Source: an uncultured virus (IMG/VR IMGVR_UViG_2657245113_000004) (Duplodnaviria; Heunggongvirae; Uroviricota; Caudoviricetes). Taken from it: a stretch of DNA of 64,000 nucleotides. Both the position numbers and the translations under genes were made by a program. Below the pieces are notes generated by a model. The model was not told where the DNA came from and did no database searches. It saw nothing but the letters and a program-made list of their open reading frames with translations. The stretch covers positions 1 through 64,000 of the IMG/VR virus record IMGVR_UViG_2657245113_000004; one strand, given 5' to 3'. Positions within the stretch are counted from its first letter, which is position 1, and every line of letters begins with the position of its first letter. This document shows, piece by piece, positions 28,402-38,473 of this stretch.

Positions 28402-29481
28402 GTGGACATTGAATTAACAGGTAATGAAACGCCAGAAGAGTTGGAAGCGCTGATCGATGGATTTGGTGATGTGGATATTTCTGATGTAACACATACAGCA
28501 GCGGTAACGACTACCCCAGTTGCTGTCGTTACGGACAATAGTACTGAAGACACCAATGCAGTAGTCAATACGGGCGATAAGAAAGACGAGCTGACGCCGG
28601 GCGCGACTACAGCACAAACCACGGAAGTGCCAATCACTAAAACGGCTGCAACCACGCCAGCGGCAACAACTGAAGGCACTGATAAGCCAAAAGGTATTCT
28701 CAGCAAAGACGGTCAGCACGTCATTCCTTACGATGTGCTGGTGGCCGAGCGGACTGAAAAACAGCGCTTAGCAGGCACCAATCAGCAAACGGCAACGGAG
28801 TTAGCTGAAGCGAAACGCCAACTGGCAGCGTTAACGCGACAAATCAACTCTGCTGGTATGCAGCCCGTTCCCTTACCTGAAAAAGCACAGGTTACCCCTG
28901 AGCAAATCAATTTCATCCGTGAAAACTTTCCTGAGATGGCGGCAGTGCTGGACACCGTGGTGCAGAAAATCGATTACCTGCAACAAGGCCAGCCAGCACA
29001 AGCTACCCATCAGCCGAGCGGTAATCCAGTTGCAGATGCCATGAATGCCGTACCTGATTTGAAGTCATGGCAGGATCAAGACCCTGACCGCTTCACACTG
29101 GCGGTACACATTGATACTAATCTGCAAAATGACCCTGCATGGAAAGACAAGTCTTTAACTGAGCGCTTTGCGGAAGTAGCGAAACGCACCAAGGCTGCCT
29201 ACGGTGAATCGGTCGAACCGGTTCAACAAGAGCAGGCTACGACCACCACCACTGCGGCCACGCAGACCACCGCAGATGTGCAACGGATTGCAGCCGAGAA
29301 ACTGGCCGCTGCAACTGCGGCGACTCAAGTCCCTGGCTCACCATCAGATCTTGGCGTAACAACAACTCATACAGCTTCGCCCTTGGAGCAGGCCGCTAAT
29401 GCTTCTCCGGATCAGTTACAGGCAATGTTTGCCGGGATGACGGATGCCCAAATTGAGGCGTTGTTAGACCAGGCAATCTAA
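28402..29481 (+). CDS. Putative scaffolding protein
   Basis: Acidic Thr/Ala-rich protein between portal and capsid; ILSKDGQHVIPY. Confidence 0.75.
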   Translation: MDIELTGNETPEELEALIDGFGDVDISDVTHTAAVTTTPVAVVTDNSTEDTNAVVNTGDKKDELTPGATTAQTTEVPITKTAATTPAATTEGTDKPKGILSKDGQHVIPYDVLVAERTEKQRLAGTNQQTATELAEAKRQLAALTRQINSAGMQPVPLPEKAQVTPEQINFIRENFPEMAAVLDTVVQKIDYLQQGQPAQATHQPSGNPVADAMNAVPDLKSWQDQDPDRFTLAVHIDTNLQNDPAWKDKSLTERFAEVAKRTKAAYGESVEPVQQEQATTTTTAATQTTADVQRIAAEKLAAATAATQVPGSPSDLGVTTTHTASPLEQAANASPDQLQAMFAGMTDAQIEALLDQAI

Positions 29482-29540
29482 ACACCTCATTGACTTAAAC
29501 CTCAACCCGCTTCGGCGGGTTTTTTATTTATGGAGTATCT

Positions 29541-30764
29541 ATGACCACTATCACCTCTGCCCAAGCGAATAAGCTGATGCAGGTAGCGCTGTTCACGGCT
29601 GCAAACCGTAACCGCTCATTTGTTAACGTGTTAACCGAACAACAGGAAGCGCCGAAGTCGGTCAATCCTGATAAGAAAGGTACCACTCAAACCAGCCACA
29701 ATGCGCCGGTTGTTCGTATCACTGACCTGCAAAAGCAGAAGGGTGATGAAGTAGATATGCAGATCGTGCACAAACTGTCTAAGCGTCCAACTATGGGCGA
29801 TGAGAAATTGGCTGGTCGCGGTGAAAATCTGGCCTTTGCGGATTTCTCACTGAAGATTAACCAAGGTCGCCATCTGGTTGATGCGGGTGGGAAGATGTCT
29901 GAGCAGCGTTTCAAACACAACCTTAATAAGACAGCCCGCACTCTGCTGGGAACTTACTTCAATGATGTGCAGGACCAGTCAGCAACCTTCCATCTGGCTG
30001 GTGCGCGTGGTGATTACATGGCCGATGACACCATTGTGCCGCTAGCTGATCACGGTGAATTTGGCAAAATCATGATCAACGATGTGTTGCCGCCGACTTA
30101 TGACCGTCATTTCTATTCTGGTGATGCAACCTCAATGGAAACATTGGATGCAGCGGACCTGTTCACGCTGGCTACGGTCGATAACATTGCATTGTTCCTT
30201 GATGAAATGGCTCACCCGTTACAGCCCATTCGTATGTCTAAGGATGAGCTGGCTAATGAGGATCCGTACTTTGTGCTGTACGTGACACCGCGCCAGTGGA
30301 ATGACTGGTATACCTCGACGTCCGGTAAAGACTGGCAAGCTATGATGACCCGAGCAGTGCAGCGTTCTAAGGGCTTCGATCACCCGCTATTCAAAGGCGA
30401 ATGTGCCATGTGGCGTAACGTGCTGGTGCGGAAATATGGCGGTACACCCGTTCGCTTCAACGCGGGTTCTAAAGTACTGGTATCCAATAATGACTTAGCG
30501 GCTTCCACCAAGATTATCACCACCGGTACCACCATTGACCGCGCTATGTTGCTGGGCGGCCAGGCACTGGCTAACGCTTACGGTACTGGTGATGGCGGCG
30601 GTTTCTTTGGTTACAACGAAGAGAAAGTGGACCATGGCAACGGTACTGAAGTCTCTATCCGCTGGATTAACGGTTTGAAGAAGATCCGTTTCAAACAGAA
30701 AGATGGTCGAGTCAATGACCACGGCGTCATGGTAGTGGATTCAGCGGTCACTTTGGGCAAGTAA
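29541..30764 (+). CDS. Major capsid protein (N4-gp56 / DUF4043 type, 933W-like)
   Basis: MTTITSAQANKL.QVALFTAANRNRS and KLSKRPTMGD closely resemble the Stx2-phage capsid as recalled. Confidence 0.92.
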   Translation: MTTITSAQANKLMQVALFTAANRNRSFVNVLTEQQEAPKSVNPDKKGTTQTSHNAPVVRITDLQKQKGDEVDMQIVHKLSKRPTMGDEKLAGRGENLAFADFSLKINQGRHLVDAGGKMSEQRFKHNLNKTARTLLGTYFNDVQDQSATFHLAGARGDYMADDTIVPLADHGEFGKIMINDVLPPTYDRHFYSGDATSMETLDAADLFTLATVDNIALFLDEMAHPLQPIRMSKDELANEDPYFVLYVTPRQWNDWYTSTSGKDWQAMMTRAVQRSKGFDHPLFKGECAMWRNVLVRKYGGTPVRFNAGSKVLVSNNDLAASTKIITTGTTIDRAMLLGGQALANAYGTGDGGGFFGYNEEKVDHGNGTEVSIRWINGLKKIRFKQKDGRVNDHGVMVVDSAVTLGK

Positions 30765-30841
30765 TCCCTCAGTAATTCAATACGCTAATACCCTAAGGGA
30801 CAGACTTCGGTCTGCTCTCTTTTTGTCTGGAGAAAAATGTT

Positions 30842-31225
30842 ATGACAATTATTAAAGCGCCTTCTATTGGCGATGCGGTATATCAAGGCCCGCAAGGAAA
30901 CCTGTCGCTGGCTGAAGGGCAGATTATTTTGAAAGATGCTGCTGCCGGTGATGTGATTGTGTTTTTGGAGTTGCCTATTGGTATGCGGATTTATGGTGTG
31001 AGTGTCGTCAGTGAAGCGCTTGGTGCAGGTGTAACCGTAGAGGTTAAGAGCGGAACCACCTCATTAGTGGCCGCTGCTAGCCATGCCGCTGCTGTCGCAA
31101 AGAATGTGCCAATTGTCCCTTACAGCACGCAAGCAGCAGGTGAGAAAGTGACTGCGGTGATTGCCGGTGGCGCGGCAAATGGCCGTCTGGTCGTTAACAT
31201 TTTGTACGTAGCTGTCGGTTACTAA
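30842..31225 (+). CDS. Putative capsid decoration protein
   Basis: Small beta-rich protein directly after the capsid gene. Confidence 0.6.
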   Translation: MTIIKAPSIGDAVYQGPQGNLSLAEGQIILKDAAAGDVIVFLELPIGMRIYGVSVVSEALGAGVTVEVKSGTTSLVAAASHAAAVAKNVPIVPYSTQAAGEKVTAVIAGGAANGRLVVNILYVAVGY

Positions 31226-31305
31226 TTCCATATTATTCCCCTCTCAGCCCGCTTCGGTGGGCTTTTTACTGTCTGTTATTTACTGCCCGCAATCTGGAGT
31301 CTCTC

Positions 31306-31758
31306 ATGTCTAACAAAATCGCAGTGGTCTATATCGGCCCAAAAGAAAAAAAACGTGACACCATTACCGGTAGTCGCCTGGTCTTCCCGCGCCATAAACC
31401 GGTTGAAGTTGAAAGTGCTATTGCTCATCAACTGCTGGATTTCCCAACAGTATTTATTCGACACGATGAATTGGAAAGTACGCTCAATCTGCAACAAGCC
31501 TCAGAGCAAGAACATGCAGATCTGGCTGCGCAACTTATAGCACAAGCCAAACTTGAGGCTGCAAAAAATAGTTTTGTCCTGAAGATCGGTAGCGATGAGG
31601 TTGATATTGCCAAACTGACTTCTGTTCAACTGGCAACGTTAGTCGAATCTGAAGATCTGGATATCAAGCAGGGTGCTCAGGAAAAGGTGGATGATTTCCG
31701 CGTGCGTGTTCGCGAAGCCATTCAGACTAAAAACGCTGCCAGCACTAAGGCTGAATAA
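31306..31758 (+). CDS. Hypothetical virion morphogenesis protein
   Basis: VVYIGPK..KRDTITGSR; position in the head cluster. Confidence 0.65.
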   Translation: MSNKIAVVYIGPKEKKRDTITGSRLVFPRHKPVEVESAIAHQLLDFPTVFIRHDELESTLNLQQASEQEHADLAAQLIAQAKLEAAKNSFVLKIGSDEVDIAKLTSVQLATLVESEDLDIKQGAQEKVDDFRVRVREAIQTKNAASTKAE

Positions 31759-31760
31759 CT

Positions 31761-32357
31761 ATGGCGACACTTGACGCATTTCTGCCGAGCATACGAAAGC
31801 ATATCAGCGGCCCGCTGGATATCATGATGAAACAGGCCGCATTAGAAGCAGCGATCACCTTTTGTCGTGAGTCATTACTCTGCCGTGACGCGGTCACTTT
31901 TAATGATATTACTCCGGGCACGACTTATATCCTGACGGACAGTGAGCTGGTGAAATGCGTCAAGCGGCTACGGGTAGTTGACCTCACTAATCAGCTTAGT
32001 AATGCCAGTGCGCCGGGTATTATGTTGACGGCAGGCATTGAATTTACCGTCAAGTCTGCCAATCAAATCATCTTCAATCAGCCGTTGACCAAAGTGACGG
32101 TGGATTTTGCTATTGAACCCAAACGTGATGTGACTGAAGTACCGGATGTACTGGCAGATGATTACGCTGATGTGATCGCCATTGGTGCGCTGGAAGATTT
32201 ATTTATCATGCCGGGCAAACCGTGGACTGATCCGCAGCGCTCACAATATTTTGGCGTGCGCTTTGTCGATGGCTATCGTCGCGCATTCCGTGAGGCGCTG
32301 GATAACTCCCCGATCACCGCCTTCAATAACCCCATTCGTAAACACGAGTTCTTCTAA
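31761..32357 (+). CDS. Putative head-tail adaptor
   Basis: EAAITFCRES and MPGKPWTDP; position. Confidence 0.65.
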   Translation: MATLDAFLPSIRKHISGPLDIMMKQAALEAAITFCRESLLCRDAVTFNDITPGTTYILTDSELVKCVKRLRVVDLTNQLSNASAPGIMLTAGIEFTVKSANQIIFNQPLTKVTVDFAIEPKRDVTEVPDVLADDYADVIAIGALEDLFIMPGKPWTDPQRSQYFGVRFVDGYRRAFREALDNSPITAFNNPIRKHEFF

Positions 32358-33010
32358 TGATCACTATTGCCGAGATTATTGGGCGGGTTAATACCCAGCT
32401 CAAAGATACAGCATGGCTGCGCTGGCCGTTGGCGGAGCTATGTGATTATTACAATGATGCTATCCGGGCCATCATTCTGGCAAGGCCAGATGCAGGTGCT
32501 ACGACTGAAGTGATGACCACGGAAGTGGGAACCAAACAGAGGTTGCCGGAGGGCGCGATCCGCTTAATTGAGATGATTCGTTTAGTAGACGGCCGGGCAT
32601 TAAGGCCGGTACCGCGTGATGTTCTGGATAGCCAATATCCTGACTGGCATCAGATGACGGGTTCAATTGAGCGTTATACCTATAACGAATTAACTCCCAA
32701 AGTGTATTACCTGTTTCCCGGTGCTATGCAGCCCATTGAAATTGAGGCGGTGGTGGCCAGAGTTCCGGTGGCCGTCGCTATCAATGATCTGGAAGATAAA
32801 ACACCGGTGCCGATTGATGAGCTTTATGTGAATCCGTTGGTGGATTGGATGCTGTTTCGTTCATTTAGCAAAGATGGTGACGCCGGAGCCAATCTTAATT
32901 TAGCCATGCAGCATTACCAGGCATTCAGCGATCAACTGGGGGTTAAGCAAAATTCTGAGAGTTTCGCCCAACAATTGAAAGAAGCGCAGTATCAGGGAGG
33001 TGGACAGTGA
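32357..33010 (+). CDS. Putative adaptor protein (DUF6682-like)
   Basis: LRWPLAELCDYYND, RPDA, FRSFSKD. Confidence 0.65.
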   Translation: MITIAEIIGRVNTQLKDTAWLRWPLAELCDYYNDAIRAIILARPDAGATTEVMTTEVGTKQRLPEGAIRLIEMIRLVDGRALRPVPRDVLDSQYPDWHQMTGSIERYTYNELTPKVYYLFPGAMQPIEIEAVVARVPVAVAINDLEDKTPVPIDELYVNPLVDWMLFRSFSKDGDAGANLNLAMQHYQAFSDQLGVKQNSESFAQQLKEAQYQGGGQ

Positions 33011-35223
33011 GCGTAACTGTTTCCGGCATTATGATTAATCCGGTGGGTGAGCCGGTGGTCAATGCACAAATCACCCTTACTGCGGTAGCAAATAGTTTGA
33101 CTGTCCTAAATACCTTTTCAGTGACGGTAAGAACAGACAACACAGGTGCATACCGCATCCAGTTGGAAGAGGGTAGCTACTCTATTACGGTGGCGGTCAA
33201 TGGCCGTAGTTTTGTCTATGGCGCAGTCACGCTGGATAACACCACCGGCCCCAGCACCCTTAATCAATTGCTGAAGCAGCAGATCATGGAGTCAGAGCTT
33301 ACACCTGATGTGATCCTGTACTTCCGACAAATCCAACAGCAGGTAGCCAATGATCTGGCGACCATTAAGGTTTTAGAAAGCAGTGCGACAGATGCGACAG
33401 AGAGCGCTGCCCATTATCGTGACGAAGCCAAACAGTATGCAGCGGATTTAGACACTGCGTTGGCAGTCGCACAAGGTTACCGGGATGAGTCTGGTGTCAG
33501 TGCCGCCGCCGCCGCTGCATCGGCGATTCATGCGTTTGAAAGTGAGAGTGTTGTTATTGCTAACGCCAAGGCTGCGGCTTTGTCTGAAGCCAATACTTTG
33601 CAGTATAGCAATGAGGCCCAGTCAGCAGCAGACGAAGCATCAACACTCGCTGCTGAACAGACCGCCACTAAAATTAAGCTGGCAGTGAAAACGGATGCAG
33701 ATCGGGCTGAAGCTGCTCGCGAAGGTGCCGAAACCGCACAATTAGCGGTTGATACCCAGGTCGGTGAAGTTAACCGACTGCATACTGAAGTGAGGCAATT
33801 GGCCACAGCTGCTGCCGGTAATGCGAACAGTGCCGCCCAATCCGCCAGTGAAAGCGAAAGCAGCAAGAACGCCGCCGCTCAGAGTGAGCAATCTGCTTTG
33901 GCTGGTGCCGAGGCAGCGGGAAACTCAGCAACAGCGGCCGCGGGAGATAAAACTGCCGCCAAGGGATTTCGGGATGAAGCGGAACAGTTCGCCGCCAGGG
34001 CGAAAGCATCAGCAGAAAGCATCGATGTATCAGCGCTTGAACAACAGATTAATCAGAAAGTCAGCCAGACGGAGTTTGATAAGGCCATCGCAGATAAGGC
34101 CAGCAATCAGGATCTGACCGATGGGTTGGCCGGGAAGCTGGATACGACTGGAGGCACGTTAACAGGCTCCCTTATTTTAGCCGGTGATGCGACAGACCCG
34201 AAAGGTGCGGTCACTAAGCAACAGTTAGATGCAAAGCCAGTTGGTGGTTTACCGCTGCTGTTCAGTTGGTGGGAAGAAAACCGCACACACATCCCAGAGG
34301 GAACGGCCCCGCGCGATGGACAAGAACTTAGCAGGGCTTTATTCCCAGATGCATGGGCGGCGGCTCAAGCTAAAGGCCTTGTAATTACAGAGGCTGAATG
34401 GCAAGCCGATCCCCTCAAAAGAATGAAGTGGTCAAGCGGCAACGGCACTACAACATTTAGGCTGCCCGATGAGAACGGCAAATCCCCCGGTAGTGTGGGT
34501 GCGCCTGTTCGGCGTGGCGATGGCGCTAAATCAAATGGGGTTACCGGCACTATTCAGATGGATGCTTTTCAAGGGCATGCAATTGGACTATCCGGCACAC
34601 GTAATAGTGGTGTTTTCGCGTATGTTGGTACCGGTGGTACTGTTGGGGTGAACACTATCGCTAATACCTCCGCAGTCACCGAAAACTTAGTTTTAAAAGA
34701 CGATGGAACAAATGGAACACCTCGTGTTGCGGCAGAAACTCGGATGCTCAACGCAACGGGTTGCTATGTCATTCTACTTGCTGGTACGGCATTCAATGAA
34801 GGTCAGATAAATGCGCTGGAGCTGGCGACTCAAATAACATTGCTGACAACTCGAGTCACGACATTAGAGGCTAGAAAGCAACCACAATTCGCATATGTTT
34901 ACCCAGGAGGAACTCAGGCATCACCGGGAAATATAACCCTGTCACAGCGCGTTGAAGTTACTAACCCATTTCCCGGCAGAAAAACCGATTGCCGTGTTGA
35001 AGTTCTAGTTGGTGCATGGGGTGAAATGCGAGACGGTAGTAATATTGGTTCTGGTTCATCATCCTATGGGATAGCCGCTTCATATGTAGATGACAAGATT
35101 GTTGTGGTTTCTGCAAACCAACAGCTCGGTTCGTATAGCCCATTGACTTTAAATGGATTTTCAAATAATGCCAATGTTGCTACAACACTCCCATACAGAG
35201 TTGCTGTATGGACAATAGATTGA
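33007..35223 (+). CDS. Tail fibre protein
   Basis: Stf-like N-terminus, Ala/Ser-rich coiled region, collar motif GNGTTTFRLPD and QMDAFQGH. Confidence 0.9.
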   Translation: MSVTVSGIMINPVGEPVVNAQITLTAVANSLTVLNTFSVTVRTDNTGAYRIQLEEGSYSITVAVNGRSFVYGAVTLDNTTGPSTLNQLLKQQIMESELTPDVILYFRQIQQQVANDLATIKVLESSATDATESAAHYRDEAKQYAADLDTALAVAQGYRDESGVSAAAAAASAIHAFESESVVIANAKAAALSEANTLQYSNEAQSAADEASTLAAEQTATKIKLAVKTDADRAEAAREGAETAQLAVDTQVGEVNRLHTEVRQLATAAAGNANSAAQSASESESSKNAAAQSEQSALAGAEAAGNSATAAAGDKTAAKGFRDEAEQFAARAKASAESIDVSALEQQINQKVSQTEFDKAIADKASNQDLTDGLAGKLDTTGGTLTGSLILAGDATDPKGAVTKQQLDAKPVGGLPLLFSWWEENRTHIPEGTAPRDGQELSRALFPDAWAAAQAKGLVITEAEWQADPLKRMKWSSGNGTTTFRLPDENGKSPGSVGAPVRRGDGAKSNGVTGTIQMDAFQGHAIGLSGTRNSGVFAYVGTGGTVGVNTIANTSAVTENLVLKDDGTNGTPRVAAETRMLNATGCYVILLAGTAFNEGQINALELATQITLLTTRVTTLEARKQPQFAYVYPGGTQASPGNITLSQRVEVTNPFPGRKTDCRVEVLVGAWGEMRDGSNIGSGSSSYGIAASYVDDKIVVVSANQQLGSYSPLTLNGFSNNANVATTLPYRVAVWTID

Positions 35224-35230
35224 GGTAACT

Positions 35231-35641
35231 ATGGTTATTTACGCGATACCCGGTGAATCTACCGAGAGTATTTCTTACATCGAACCTTTTGCTTTGCCAG
35301 ATAGCTACGTCATCATGTCTGGCCCACGACCCGATCCTACTTACTACGCAAATGAAAATGGTGAATGGTTACCTGGCCCCGCGCCGCGCGTTCTGCAACA
35401 GATGATTATTGAAGCTACGCAAAAGCAAACAGCTATTTTATCTCACGCATCGGACATCATTGGTGCTATTACTGATGAGATTGAGGGGCTGGTGGATAGT
35501 GAAGAAGATGTGCCAGATAAACTGCGTGCTGATTTGAAAGCGTGGAAGCAATACCGTGTTGTAGTGAAAAACGTTGATGTTTCTCTTGCGCCGAATATTG
35601 AGTGGCCAGTGTCACCTGATGCTGTTCTAACAGAAGCATAA
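35231..35641 (+). CDS. Tail fibre assembly chaperone
   Basis: LKAWKQYRV..VDVSLAPNIEWP. Confidence 0.85.
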   Translation: MVIYAIPGESTESISYIEPFALPDSYVIMSGPRPDPTYYANENGEWLPGPAPRVLQQMIIEATQKQTAILSHASDIIGAITDEIEGLVDSEEDVPDKLRADLKAWKQYRVVVKNVDVSLAPNIEWPVSPDAVLTEA

Positions 35642-35647
35642 AATATA

Positions 35648-35672
35648 AAACCGGGCTTAATGGCCCGGTTAT
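35648..35672. terminator. Bidirectional terminator
   Basis: AAACCGGGC-TTAATG-GCCCGGTT between convergent genes. Confidence 0.65.
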
Positions 35673-35722
35673 TTAAAGCTGGCTAAAAATGTCAGATATC
35701 ACCATTCGCAATTACCAATCTT

Positions 35723-35947
35723 TTATTTCTGTTTCGTTACTGTGAATTTATCACTGCATTTTTGTACATACCAAAAGAGTATGGCGCCACCGATGATGGA
35801 TCCGATAGCGACTAGCCAGGCAGTTATCCCTTCATAGAAGGCATAAGCAACAACCAGTCCTACTACTACTGCAAATGAGACTATAGTCCCAATCATATCA
35901 AAGGTAAAACGTAGTAACCCATTAATAACTTTTGATTTCATCAGCAA
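35723..35947 (-). CDS. Small two-TM membrane protein (moron)
   Basis: Two hydrophobic helices; overlaps the upstream gene. Confidence 0.7.
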   Translation of the reverse strand: MLMKSKVINGLLRFTFDMIGTIVSFAVVVGLVVAYAFYEGITAWLVAIGSIIGGAILFWYVQKCSDKFTVTKQK

Positions 35948-36563
35948 AGCGCCTCAAAGCTAAAGGGTTATTTTTTGCCATTTTACTGAGTTGAGTAAAA
36001 CGCTCAAATGGCTTCTCAAACAGGAAGAACAGCATATCGTAGTCATCCGGTTTTAGCTTATTGAAAAGAGATGGATTCTCTCGTGCCAATGTTCGAGATG
36101 CTTCACATGCTCGAGCCATAACCCCTTGAAACATTACACCGGAAATCATAATGGTGGTACCAAATCTTAAACTAAGTTTTACTGTAATCCCAGCAGCTAA
36201 GCCACTGACAACCTTACCACTTATGTGGCCTGCTATCAGCGTTTGAGCCGTCATGCGGGTGGCCTTACCCGTTGCACCATAAATAAGCTCTTGGTGTAAT
36301 TGCTGTATGGTTTCATCGGGTAGACGGCTAAGAGTATCATTAATGATGATATTAGCCACCTTAGCGATAATAAATCGATCGCGAATGAGATTACTAAAAG
36401 CACTGACAAAACGTTTATCATCAAACATATTGCGCTGCTGATAATATCGTCCGCCATCTGAAAGGTTCAAATCTTGAAAAGTTCGTTCAACCCCCAAATA
36501 TAAATCCATGGGGATGGATTTGATTCCCTCGGCCATAGCTTTAATAAATCTTGATGTCTCCAT
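35922..36563 (-). CDS. Hypothetical moron protein with hydrophobic hairpin
   Basis: AAGGA RBS, AT-rich, counter-oriented in the tail region. Confidence 0.75.
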   Translation of the reverse strand: METSRFIKAMAEGIKSIPMDLYLGVERTFQDLNLSDGGRYYQQRNMFDDKRFVSAFSNLIRDRFIIAKVANIIINDTLSRLPDETIQQLHQELIYGATGKATRMTAQTLIAGHISGKVVSGLAAGITVKLSLRFGTTIMISGVMFQGVMARACEASRTLARENPSLFNKLKPDDYDMLFFLFEKPFERFTQLSKMAKNNPLALRRFADEIKSY

Positions 36564-36750
36564 AACTTTTCCTTGTTATTACCACATTAATCCCCGTCCA
36601 AGAATATTGGATTTGGATGATTACTCCAAACAATTATGGCGAGCAAAATTCTGAAAATATAACAACATCAGATATTTCCCACATATATTGAAAAATATCC
36701 GCTACCTCGAAGCCTGGTCGTTATGCGCCTTAAATTAAATAAATACCCCA

Positions 36751-36821
36751 TTGCTCTCTTATCAACAACGCGCTAAATTACCCAAAGATGCCAAGCCTCA
36801 CTTTTTAGTGGGGCTTTTTTT
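36751..36821 (+). promoter_or_regulatory. Late promoter pR'-like copy 3 plus terminator
   Basis: TTGCTC-17-TAAATT-ACCC-AAAGAT, then AAGCCTCAC..GTGGGGCTTTTTT. Confidence 0.75.
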
Positions 36822-36844
36822 ATGCCTGTCGGAAATCACTCCCT

Positions 36845-38473
36845 ATGTCAGCTATCGATATCACTACCATGCGTGGCGAAATGCCACGGGCGGTGCCACA
36901 TCTATTGCCAGAGCAAGCGGCGACCATTGCTAAAAACTGCCATTTCCGCCACGGCGTTATTACTCCGGTTATGGCGGATGTTGATAGTGGGAAAACATTT
37001 AAGTTGAAGCCAACCACTATTTTCCGTTACCGCGATGATTATTGGTTTGCCTGGACTGACATTGTTGACGCGATCCGCAGCCCGGTGGCGCAGGATAAAT
37101 ATGAGCGAGTGTATTTCACTGATGGCAAATATCCCAAGGTCACCAGCAATGAAATAGCGACTCAAGGAGAGGGTAACTTCCCAGCGGTGAGTTTTCGGCT
37201 GGGCATTCCAGCTCCAGTTAATCCTATTGAAGTGACTGCGATTACGCCGCCGGCTGATCATGGTGATGATGATCCAACCGATGACGATACCCGTTTTTAT
37301 GTTGAAACCTATGTCACGGGCTACGGGGAAGAGGGGCCGCCGGGGCCAGTTTCGCAGGAAGTGACCATTGTGTACCCCGGCAGTAGCGTAGACCTCGCCC
37401 TGCAACCACCTGGCAGCCAGAATTCAAATATCACCCGCCGCCGCATTTATCGCTCTGCATCTGGCGGTGGGGTTGCTGATTATCTGCTGTTGGTCGAGTT
37501 GGACGTTGGTGTGCTTGTGTATCAGGACACTTTGCTTGATAAAGAACTTGGGCCGGTATTGGAAACCGAAAACTTCCTGATGCCGCCAGATGAAATGATT
37601 GGTTTGTGCCTGATGGCAAATGGTATAGCAGCTGGTTTTGCTGGTAACCAAGTCATGTTCTCTGAGGCGTTTCTCCCCTATGCCTGGCCGGAAAATTACA
37701 AGCAAAGTACCGAGCACGATATTGTGGCTATTGCACCTATTGGTGCCGGGCTGGTGGTGGGAACCAAAGGGCGGCCTTATCTGTTCAGTGGTATCACTCC
37801 GTCCAATATAACCAACGCCAAGTTACCGGTGATGCAAGCCTGTGTCAGCCGCCGCAGCATGGTGAGTATGGATAGCTTTGCGCTCTACGCGTCACCCAAT
37901 GGGTTGGTATCGGTTGATAGTGCTGGCAATGCATTAGTTGCCACTGAGCAGATTATCGAGCCACGGCAATGGCGGAAAAACTTCAATCCTGAAAGTATCA
38001 AAGCATGGCAGGTGGAAGGCGAATATCTGGCGATTTACCAGACGGAAAAAGGAACCAGCGCCGGATTTATTTTCGATCCGCAAGCGATGGATATCCGCCA
38101 CCTGACCACCGTTTTTGATACTGCTTTTAATGATCTGGAGTCGGATACGCTCTACACCATTAAAGGCGATAAATTAACCATCTCTCAAGTCAGCACCACC
38201 CCGTTGCCGATCACATGGCGCAGCAAACCATTTCTGGCCCCTCCCGGCACCTCATTTTCTTGCTTGCGCATCATGAGTGAGAGTGTAATTCGCGTGGGAG
38301 TTAATTTGATTGTCGATGGTGCGCCGGTGCTGTCGCTGCCGCCAGGCTCCTTAATGGATGGGCTTCTGAAGTTGCCGCCGATCACCGGCCGCAAATGGAC
38401 GGTTGAGGTCTGGGGTTACGCGCAAGTTGACCGTATTACCCTGAGTACCTCAATGGCGGAGATGCCAGCATGA
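36845..38473 (+). CDS. Putative tail nozzle / tubular protein
   Basis: 542 aa beta-rich; YVETYVT..EEGPP, FSEAFLPYAWP; position. Confidence 0.7.
   Translation: MSAIDITTMRGEMPRAVPHLLPEQAATIAKNCHFRHGVITPVMADVDSGKTFKLKPTTIFRYRDDYWFAWTDIVDAIRSPVAQDKYERVYFTDGKYPKVTSNEIATQGEGNFPAVSFRLGIPAPVNPIEVTAITPPADHGDDDPTDDDTRFYVETYVTGYGEEGPPGPVSQEVTIVYPGSSVDLALQPPGSQNSNITRRRIYRSASGGGVADYLLLVELDVGVLVYQDTLLDKELGPVLETENFLMPPDEMIGLCLMANGIAAGFAGNQVMFSEAFLPYAWPENYKQSTEHDIVAIAPIGAGLVVGTKGRPYLFSGITPSNITNAKLPVMQACVSRRSMVSMDSFALYASPNGLVSVDSAGNALVATEQIIEPRQWRKNFNPESIKAWQVEGEYLAIYQTEKGTSAGFIFDPQAMDIRHLTTVFDTAFNDLESDTLYTIKGDKLTISQVSTTPLPITWRSKPFLAPPGTSFSCLRIMSESVIRVGVNLIVDGAPVLSLPPGSLMDGLLKLPPITGRKWTVEVWGYAQVDRITLSTSMAEMPA

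Noticed and set aside
33007..35641. Invertible tail fibre cassette
   Set aside because: No invertase gene, inverted crossover sites or second fibre tip seen
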